Part shown: in pieces, positions 7,554 to 14,599 of the stretch | Position numbering within the stretch: position 1 is the first letter of the stretch | How the letters are laid out: each line of letters starts with the position of its first letter | IMG/VR virus record: IMGVR_UViG_3300010885_062120 | DNA length: 20,000 bases | Source: an uncultured virus (IMG/VR IMGVR_UViG_3300010885_062120) | Lineage: Duplodnaviria; Heunggongvirae; Uroviricota; Caudoviricetes | Direction: 5' to 3' (one strand) | The notes under the pieces: model-generated | Told to the model about the DNA's origin: nothing | Seen by the model: only the letters and a program-made list of their open reading frames with translations | The model's database searches: none | Made by a program: the position numbers and the translations under genes

Positions 7554-9983
7554 ATGGCAGATGTAAATGAAGAATTTATAGCAGAATATGCTAGGGTTGT
7601 AGGAAATGCCCATATAGCAATCGAAGATGGCATAGGATCGCTAACAACTCCTGGGTCTGCGCTTTTTAGCCTTAACCAATTATCTTTACTGGCAACTACA
7701 AAATTACCAGCATTTGGTGTTGTCCAAACTGGAACCAACACGGGCTTTAACGCCACTGTTGATTCTTCCGATCCAACATTCTTAAGGGTTAGCTCAGGCA
7801 CCGTTGCTTACAACGGAAACTTAATTAACGTATCTTCGCAAAGAATTTCTATAAAAAAAGCATTTGCAGGTAGTTATTCATCAAGTTATGTGTATGGGAT
7901 GAGAATTGGATTCCCTTATTCTGAAGCACAAAATACAGCAGGGCAAATTTATTCAACTGTATTGGCACAAGATGGTAAAGAAGGTGACACAGAGATTTAT
8001 GTTGAGAATATAGCAACCTATATTGAATTAGGATTACCATTAACGGCATATATTGGTGTAAATACTTATGTTGTTTTTGATGGATATAACGCAGACAAAA
8101 CAGCATTTACAATAGATCCAGCCATCAACGGAGGAGTTTTGTCAAATGGATCTTCGACAGGAGATGTAATATTTGACAGCGGAACGCGAGTTAATTTTAT
8201 TTACGAGCCAAAGGTAAAAGCTTTATATGGTTTGCCTGTAAGTACAATTTCAAATGATCCAGAATTATTTAACTATTATCCATTGATGCCATCAAGCTGG
8301 TTGCCTATAGCTGATGTTTTAATCCTTAATCCTGGCTCGCCAGAAGTTGCAACATTCGGACCCTCAGATGCAATTTCAAGAACAGCAGTTGATTATCCAC
8401 CAGTTAACTCAACAACGCCTATTTTTACAAACGATGATGCAAAAATTATTGCAGCATCTATAAATGTAGCAAAATCTGAATTAATTAATAACAAAAACAG
8501 AGCGTCTGTATCTGATGCTATTACAGCTTTAGACCAATACACAACAGCATTACAAGATGAATCTGGTTTGACTTTTAGAGAGTTTTGGGGAACAAGGCCA
8601 TTCAAAGCAACTACATACTTTGGCAAGGGCACAAGCTTCCAGGGATTAGAAAGATTTGAATTCAGTAATAATTTTTCTAAAGCTTATTTTGATATTACAG
8701 GGCAAGATGTCCAAAGAACATTTGCAATTTTTAGGGGTGACCTTTATGCGTTCCCAACAACAATATACGGGGACGCTCCAGCTTCATTAACCTTAAATTC
8801 CTATAAAGCGTTAGGAACATCAAGTACACTCACAAGAGGTACATATACCTATGGGGTTAGCGCAGTTACAGCATCTGGTGAAACGCCAGCTATTTATAAT
8901 TCTGTTCTTTCTTTTGATACGACAAATTCGAATTATATAAACGAATTGCAATGGGGATCAGTAGCGGGTGCATTGTTTTATCACATTTATAGAAAATCAA
9001 ACATTAGCGGCGAGCAGACAGAGTACAGGCTTACAAGCATTGGGCAAATAACTGGAAGTGGCACTGGAACCACTGGTATTGTAGGCTTTGCTGGTACAGG
9101 ATTATCAACAAATTTTACAGCTTATAAAATTAGCACAACTAATAATTTCCAATTAGGTGGATTACAGCTTAGATTAAGGGCAACAGGCACTGGAGTAACA
9201 AATTCCACTGCTGAAGTTCAAATTAGATTATATTCTAACGATGGAGCTACTGGGAAACCAAACGCTCTTATTGGTTCATTTGATTCAATTCCATTTAGTA
9301 AAATTATAGTTGACAGCAATGGAGATGCAACCACATCTTTCCAAAATTTTGTTACGAAGCTAGATTACAAAACATCCACCACAGCTTTTTGGGTGGTTAT
9401 GAAATTAAGCGCTCAGCCTTCAAGCGGAAGCATACAAGTACAAACATCTGCAAGTGGAACAAATGCATATGCTACGACAACTGCTCCGTCACCCATCCCA
9501 GCCAACTGGACACTGGCTAATAGTGTAAGCTTACATCATAAACCACTAGGGTTTTTAGATTATGGCAGATCAGGGTCAAGCTCTGTAAGAAGAGGGGTTT
9601 ATCTTACTGGTTCTAAAACATATGAACCAAGAAGATTAAGAATTTATATACCTGATATATCAGATTTTCCAGCACCTACAGGTTCTGATTTTACAAGGGG
9701 CGATATTCCTCTTTATGGATTAGATTCTACTGACAGTACCGAAACAAAAAATGAGTTAATCGTAACTGTTGTAGCAAAACTAGGTGACACCGAAACAACA
9801 TTAACACAAACAATTCCGCAAGGGACCACACGAGGAACAAGTTTCTTGCTGGGAACGGAAGATCAAATATTTGATAGTATTGTAGATGTACAAGTGTCAC
9901 CAGGGACAAGTGTTCAAACTCAACAAAACGGTGCTATATATTGGTCTATTTATGATATGTTCACTGTGGAGACACAACCATAA
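7554..9983 (+). CDS. Virion structural protein (tail fibre/tip-like) with FN3-like and beta-sandwich domains
   Basis: LRVSSGTVAYNG...PLMPSSWLPIADVLI N-terminal module seen in minor tail proteins. TLTRGTYTYGVSAVTASGET...LQWGSVAGALFYHIYRK is an FN3-like motif (about 8826-8999). One IRLYSNDG...FWVV repeat. Confidence 0.7.
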   Translation: MADVNEEFIAEYARVVGNAHIAIEDGIGSLTTPGSALFSLNQLSLLATTKLPAFGVVQTGTNTGFNATVDSSDPTFLRVSSGTVAYNGNLINVSSQRISIKKAFAGSYSSSYVYGMRIGFPYSEAQNTAGQIYSTVLAQDGKEGDTEIYVENIATYIELGLPLTAYIGVNTYVVFDGYNADKTAFTIDPAINGGVLSNGSSTGDVIFDSGTRVNFIYEPKVKALYGLPVSTISNDPELFNYYPLMPSSWLPIADVLILNPGSPEVATFGPSDAISRTAVDYPPVNSTTPIFTNDDAKIIAASINVAKSELINNKNRASVSDAITALDQYTTALQDESGLTFREFWGTRPFKATTYFGKGTSFQGLERFEFSNNFSKAYFDITGQDVQRTFAIFRGDLYAFPTTIYGDAPASLTLNSYKALGTSSTLTRGTYTYGVSAVTASGETPAIYNSVLSFDTTNSNYINELQWGSVAGALFYHIYRKSNISGEQTEYRLTSIGQITGSGTGTTGIVGFAGTGLSTNFTAYKISTTNNFQLGGLQLRLRATGTGVTNSTAEVQIRLYSNDGATGKPNALIGSFDSIPFSKIIVDSNGDATTSFQNFVTKLDYKTSTTAFWVVMKLSAQPSSGSIQVQTSASGTNAYATTTAPSPIPANWTLANSVSLHHKPLGFLDYGRSGSSSVRRGVYLTGSKTYEPRRLRIYIPDISDFPAPTGSDFTRGDIPLYGLDSTDSTETKNELIVTVVAKLGDTETTLTQTIPQGTTRGTSFLLGTEDQIFDSIVDVQVSPGTSVQTQQNGAIYWSIYDMFTVETQP

Positions 9984-11329
9984 TGGCTCTCAATGATGAT
10001 GTATCTGGATTAGGCATACCAGAATTAGGCTCTGGCTTCACAGACATTGTGGCATTTGTGTTTGATTCTCCAAGAGAAACATCTTTAAATGCTACCGCTT
10101 CAGAGATAGTTGCAAAAAATATTTTAGAAGCAAAGTCTTTCAGGTTTAATTTGGAACAAAGATCTGTTTCTGGAAATAGATACGCAGGTGAAGGCGCCGA
10201 TCAATCAAACCTTTCTATAGGCCAAGTTTCATTAAAGGGAACTTTAAATACTGTATTAATGCAGCCGATTTCAGGCTGGGTAACACCTTTGTTTTCTCTT
10301 ATTTGGGACAGAACAAGATTATCATGGTGGGGAACTGCTACAGCATGCCAAGGAAATCTTGTAAGCCCTGTTGGTATAGGTGCGACAATACTTACAACAG
10401 ATAATATTTCTGATTTTGCAGCATTACCTACACCTTTTAATTTAAAAATTTTATCTGATACAGAAACGCCCGAAGAATTATCTGTAAACACAGTAATTAA
10501 AGCAAATAGATATTTATACCTTAGCTCCTCTTGCTCTGCAGCACACACAGTGGCGGCGACAACACTTTCGACATTGCCATACAATGTTACTTATGGGCCA
10601 GTTAGAGAACCAGCATTTTCCTTGATGTCATTGAGAGAGGGACTTATAACACCTTGCTTGATTAATAAATTAAATATTGAAGCAAATGCTGGGCAAGATG
10701 TAGAAATAAATATAGATTTTAATGGGTTGAATATATTCAGAGATAAACAAATTGATTTACTGTCCAGAAGACAAGCATTAATTAGCGAAGTATTCAAAAT
10801 ACATGATCCAACCAGAATTGTAAATGGATTAAATATTAAATTAAGCTTGTCAGACGCTAACACAGGAAATTTTGGACTCGCTACAGCATTAGGGGATCCT
10901 ATTATGTCTGGTTTCCAAGGGCAAGCAATATCAGATTTTGTAATTACCGGTGTGTCTTTATCGATTGAAAATAATTTAAAAGAAGTATATACAGCTCATT
11001 CTATAAATTTAAATGTACAAAAGAGAAGAAGAGAAAATTCATATCCATATGCACTTGTATCAGAAGGAAGAACCATATCTGGGAAAATAAGATATAAATC
11101 TCCTGTCGACTTTTGGAGCAATTTGGAAAGAATAGCAGGCCCAAGTTCAATAAATGGAGGTGGCTTGCAAATTGACTTCGGTAACTTTAAAATAACAATG
11201 AATGAAATAGCTTGGCAACCATCCACAGGAGATGGAAATATGCAAACACAAAACAGAGAAATCAGTTTTACAATGGTTGCAGAAACAAGGAATGAAATGC
11301 CTTTGCTAGAGTTCTCAGAACAGGTATAA
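9983..11329 (+). CDS. Tail tube protein (copy 1) with an inserted beta domain
   Basis: CLINKLNIEANAGQDVEINIDFNG and ITGVSLSIENNL...P.ALVSEGRTISGKIRY match the two-half tail tube pattern (GC.VN.L.I, S.SL.I.NNL, G.R.VSG.I). TAATG overlap with the previous gene. Confidence 0.7.
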   Translation: MALNDDVSGLGIPELGSGFTDIVAFVFDSPRETSLNATASEIVAKNILEAKSFRFNLEQRSVSGNRYAGEGADQSNLSIGQVSLKGTLNTVLMQPISGWVTPLFSLIWDRTRLSWWGTATACQGNLVSPVGIGATILTTDNISDFAALPTPFNLKILSDTETPEELSVNTVIKANRYLYLSSSCSAAHTVAATTLSTLPYNVTYGPVREPAFSLMSLREGLITPCLINKLNIEANAGQDVEINIDFNGLNIFRDKQIDLLSRRQALISEVFKIHDPTRIVNGLNIKLSLSDANTGNFGLATALGDPIMSGFQGQAISDFVITGVSLSIENNLKEVYTAHSINLNVQKRRRENSYPYALVSEGRTISGKIRYKSPVDFWSNLERIAGPSSINGGGLQIDFGNFKITMNEIAWQPSTGDGNMQTQNREISFTMVAETRNEMPLLEFSEQV

Positions 11330-11330
11330 T

Positions 11331-11744
11331 ATGTCGATTTTTGTAGATCCAAATCATACATTTAAGATATCAGTTAAATTCAAAGAAATTTATAATTCAG
11401 ACGGTGATGCGGTTGGGTTAAAAGTATTACCTGACAACACTGAAGAAGAATACTTAGAGTGTGTTTGTGAAGCAAAAGGCAGAGACTTTGATAATATGTC
11501 ATCTGTAATGGAGGCTTGTACTGTTATCAACCACCATTCTGGAAAACCAATTATTCAAATTTCTAAATTTTGCAAGATGATCATCATGAGATTTTTTACA
11601 TCATGGAACATCTATGAATCAGACGAATCAGATAAACCACTACCAATTAATTCAGAAAATATCGGCGGCGTACACTACAAAATCATTAGAGTTTTAGCTA
11701 GAAAATGGTTATTGTATACCGACGGCAAAGTTGATATGGAATAA
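11331..11744 (+). CDS. Probable tail assembly chaperone (copy 1)
   Basis: Small gene directly after the tube. The FTSWNI...KPLPINSENIGGV.YKII..L pattern is common in tail assembly chaperones (..SWNL...P.P.T.ENI..L). Confidence 0.6.
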   Translation: MSIFVDPNHTFKISVKFKEIYNSDGDAVGLKVLPDNTEEEYLECVCEAKGRDFDNMSSVMEACTVINHHSGKPIIQISKFCKMIIMRFFTSWNIYESDESDKPLPINSENIGGVHYKIIRVLARKWLLYTDGKVDME

Positions 11745-11746
11745 AT

Positions 11747-12922
11747 ATGTCAATAATTGTACCTTCATCCGGTTATATCCAGGTCTTTATTATGTCATTA
11801 ACAGATAAAGACCCAACAATTTGGAACGCCCAAGATCAGATGAAAGTACAAGCTAAAAAAAGAGGTCCATTTTTAGATAGCTATGTATGGAATTTACACT
11901 CAATGGGTGACAAATTAGGTTCATTCCCATTGTATCCAAACTCAAACTCAAAAAGGATGTCCATAACAGATAATAATTGGAAATTAATTTTTGTAGATAA
12001 TTATAATGATGACCAGGGCAGTTCATTTATAGCAACTACAGATACATTCAATTCAGTAGCTTCTTTTACACATCCAGTTGCTAGAAATCTTACCACAAAA
12101 CCAAATATAACTTTTTCTCCATTAATTAACCAAGGCAATACAACTAGTGATGTAGCAGATGGAAATGAAGTTATTTATAAATGTTTTTTATTTCCGAGTT
12201 ATCCAGTAATACTATCTACAACTATTTCAGAAAATGAACATTATGGTCCAGTTTTTGCAAATTCATTATCTATTGCAGCTAATGACAGGTCTAAATCAGT
12301 AAATGTAAGTGCAAGCTTCCAAGGAGGCAGGGCATTATTTTTACCACCTATGAAACTAAAAAATTTAAATTTAACTAGAATTAATAGCGCTGACAACTCT
12401 CTTGATGCCAATCCTTACAGAACAGCAACTATTTTCGACTGTGCAGTAGAGTTTGATATATTCCCAGACTTTCAGTCATTTATGGATTACACTACTAATG
12501 CAAAAAATTATAAAAATAAAAATGATTTTGAAAGAATTGTAGATATAAATCTTTCAGTTTCACAAACATTTTCAACCAATGTTACTGCAAATAGTGATAA
12601 CAGAAGAATCCAACAAGGGCCAAGATTCTGGAACATGACTGATAGAAAAGTCACAGGAAGCATAACTTGGTTATCAAATCAATATAATTTTTATATTCCA
12701 ACTTCAAGTAGTTTAACAATGAACTTTGGAGCGGGGTTTTACTTTCCAATGGAAAATGTTGATTGGCAGAAACCAAAAATCACTGCAGTACCTGGACAGG
12801 GTTATTTGCACCAATTTAATTTTATAGCAAGAGCAGTAAATGGAGCAGTAGCCAATGGATTTAAATCAAATAGCATAGGTTCATTCGTTTCAGAATTTAA
12901 AGTACCAACTTACATAGGTTAA
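11747..12922 (+). CDS. Second tail-tube-like protein (divergent paralog)
   Basis: PVFANSLSIAANDRSKSVNVSASFQG and IVDINLSVSQTF...GPRFWNMTDRKVTGSITW...LTMNFG align by eye with the equivalent motifs of 9983..11329. Confidence 0.55.
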   Translation: MSIIVPSSGYIQVFIMSLTDKDPTIWNAQDQMKVQAKKRGPFLDSYVWNLHSMGDKLGSFPLYPNSNSKRMSITDNNWKLIFVDNYNDDQGSSFIATTDTFNSVASFTHPVARNLTTKPNITFSPLINQGNTTSDVADGNEVIYKCFLFPSYPVILSTTISENEHYGPVFANSLSIAANDRSKSVNVSASFQGGRALFLPPMKLKNLNLTRINSADNSLDANPYRTATIFDCAVEFDIFPDFQSFMDYTTNAKNYKNKNDFERIVDINLSVSQTFSTNVTANSDNRRIQQGPRFWNMTDRKVTGSITWLSNQYNFYIPTSSSLTMNFGAGFYFPMENVDWQKPKITAVPGQGYLHQFNFIARAVNGAVANGFKSNSIGSFVSEFKVPTYIG

Positions 12923-12925
12923 AAA

Positions 12926-13657
12926 ATGAATAATAATTTTTCTGGATTTGATATTGAAGAAGAAATGACAGACGAAGAGTGGCTCAAAACTCTTCCAGAA
13001 TTAAACAAAGATAATAATGAATTCATTGTTGAAGTAGAGTGGGAAGACATCACTATCTATGCCGCCTTAAGAGAATTATACTGGCACGAAATGATGGATA
13101 TTGAAACTTATTCATTTAGAAAAAAAGATGAAGAAGAATTTTATTTAGCTGGCGAAAATGAAAGAAGAGAAATTCTCAGAAAAGCCCTTGTTTGGGTAGC
13201 GGTTGTACCAAATCAAGAGTTTGATACTAATGAAGATAAAATGCTGCTAAAACGTATCAAATTCGAGGTTGTAGAAGCAATCTGGGAAGAATATCAGCCT
13301 AGAATTTATTTAGGCGCAATAGAAGCAGCCGCACTTTATAATTCATCTATTAAATATTTTAATGGAGAAGCTCAAACAAGTAGTCCTGTCCCTTCAATAA
13401 TTGTTGAAGTAGATTTAATGTTGAAGTTTGGCGGCTTGAGTAGATCTGAATTAAAAAAAATTACAACCACTGAAATGGAAAGAATGCAAACTGTCTTCAT
13501 GGCTAGATCGGAAGCTTTGGGCTTGGGCACAAGAAGAACAAGAGTTTCTTCACCAATCCCTGAAGAAACTGATGCAGTTGATATGAAAGATTGGATGTCA
13601 ACAATACCTCCACATGCCAGTGAATCAAATGGTTTTTTGACAGGTTTTGATAGGTAA
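12926..13657 (+). CDS. Probable tail assembly chaperone-like protein (copy 2)
   Basis: Acidic, helical protein after the second tube gene. LRELYWHEMMDIE...REILRKALV...LKRIKFEVVEAIWEEY resembles the chaperone pattern (.R.L...E...I, .L...I, L..L...V...L...Y). Confidence 0.45.
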   Translation: MNNNFSGFDIEEEMTDEEWLKTLPELNKDNNEFIVEVEWEDITIYAALRELYWHEMMDIETYSFRKKDEEEFYLAGENERREILRKALVWVAVVPNQEFDTNEDKMLLKRIKFEVVEAIWEEYQPRIYLGAIEAAALYNSSIKYFNGEAQTSSPVPSIIVEVDLMLKFGGLSRSELKKITTTEMERMQTVFMARSEALGLGTRRTRVSSPIPEETDAVDMKDWMSTIPPHASESNGFLTGFDR

Positions 13658-13681
13658 AAATTAATTTAAAATAGAAATTTT
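13651..13681 (+). promoter_or_regulatory. Candidate phage promoter, AGGT-N16-TAGAAA (copy 2)
   Basis: AGGT at 13652-13655 and TAGAAA at 13672-13677, followed by an AGAGG SD-like site at 13686-13690. Confidence 0.4.
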
Positions 13682-13698
13682 GTGTAGAGGTTTAAATT

Positions 13699-14028
13699 TT
13701 GAATCCCGAAGAAGTGGTCAAACTTTTAAGAGAACATGCGCTGGAACTCATGGAGTTTTATGACAAAATGAGTGCGTTTGAAAGTTTAAGCCAAGAAGAG
13801 GCAGCTACAGTTCAGTCTCTTTGCCTTTATCTGATAGAGCAATTAGCAGAACATAGATGGTTTACATCTGATCTAATTGAAATATATGACTCTGGTAAAG
13901 CGCCAATATTTTCACCAAATGAAGATAATATATTTGATATCAAATCAAGTGAAAATGAAAAAGAAAAAAGCGAGTTCGAAAACCCGCCTTTTGATTTAGA
14001 ATTCTTTTCTAGTCTAGAAGATCTTTAG
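13699..14028 (+). CDS. Hypothetical acidic helical protein (TTG start)
   Basis: 109-aa ORF with AGAGG 8 nt upstream of the TTG. It fills the gap and overlaps the 3' end of the convergent gene by 20 nt. Confidence 0.65.
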   Translation: MNPEEVVKLLREHALELMEFYDKMSAFESLSQEEAATVQSLCLYLIEQLAEHRWFTSDLIEIYDSGKAPIFSPNEDNIFDIKSSENEKEKSEFENPPFDLEFFSSLEDL

Positions 14029-14530
14029 GAAGCCTAATGCTAACACCCAAGTCTCTCATGGTATCTAAGAAGTTTGTGGTTGTTTCAGTTTTGTTTTCTG
14101 GGGTTTCTGAAACTTCGGGCTTTTGAGATTCATTTAATTTTTCTTGAATTTGCTCTCTTTCAAAATCAGATAAATCTGGATCTTGTAATCTTGCTTCAAG
14201 GTAAGAAATATAATCTTGGTTAGATTGTGCAGCTTCTTCAGGTGTCATTAATGCTTCAGGAATCTCTGCTTCTTCAGTTGGTTCGTCAATGGTAAGATCT
14301 TGTGCTATTTTTGTTAGAAGCTTTGCCATCTTAAAATTATCTCTGAACATTAATTCAGCAGCCATTCTGTATACATTTTCGCTAATAACTTGCTTGTCAC
14401 TCATTTTATACGAAGAAAGAGCAATTCTCCTGGCAAGATCATTTATAGTATTACTGATCTTATACTGACCACTAGCAGCGGTCTCTTCTGCAACTAAAAG
14501 CAATTTGTCAATTGCTGCCTTCCTGTTCAT
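14009..14530 (-). CDS. Hypothetical protein with tandem helical leader-like repeat and acidic C-terminus (possible internal head protein)
   Basis: GGAG SD at 14539-14542 on the minus strand. Two related ~35-aa helical segments end in RRIA and TKIAQ and are followed by an E/P/T-rich tail. Confidence 0.7.
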   Translation of the reverse strand: MNRKAAIDKLLLVAEETAASGQYKISNTINDLARRIALSSYKMSDKQVISENVYRMAAELMFRDNFKMAKLLTKIAQDLTIDEPTEEAEIPEALMTPEEAAQSNQDYISYLEARLQDPDLSDFEREQIQEKLNESQKPEVSETPENKTETTTNFLDTMRDLGVSIRLPKDLLD

Positions 14531-14599
14531 TGTCTTTTCTCCAATAAAAATTATTTTATATTAAATTATTTTACAGGGAAAATTAATAAATACCTTCTG

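Noticed and set aside
392..11361. Short alternative-frame and antisense ORFs (392, 1174, 1397, 1868, 2282, 4815, 5502, 5992, 6881, 7511, 7849, 8393, 9727, 10201, 10591, 10996)
   Set aside because: They overlap long, motif-supported + strand genes almost entirely and have shadow-like composition.
13453..13460. A8 run as a lambda G/GT-type programmed frameshift site in the chaperone-like gene
   Set aside because: A-runs are common at this AT content, and no long overlapping alternative-frame ORF is listed downstream.
9983..13657. Extracellular contractile injection system or tailocin (two tube genes)
   Set aside because: No sheath, gp25, baseplate J, VgrG/PAAR or AAA ATPase is recognised, and a capsid plus head-tail adaptor is present.
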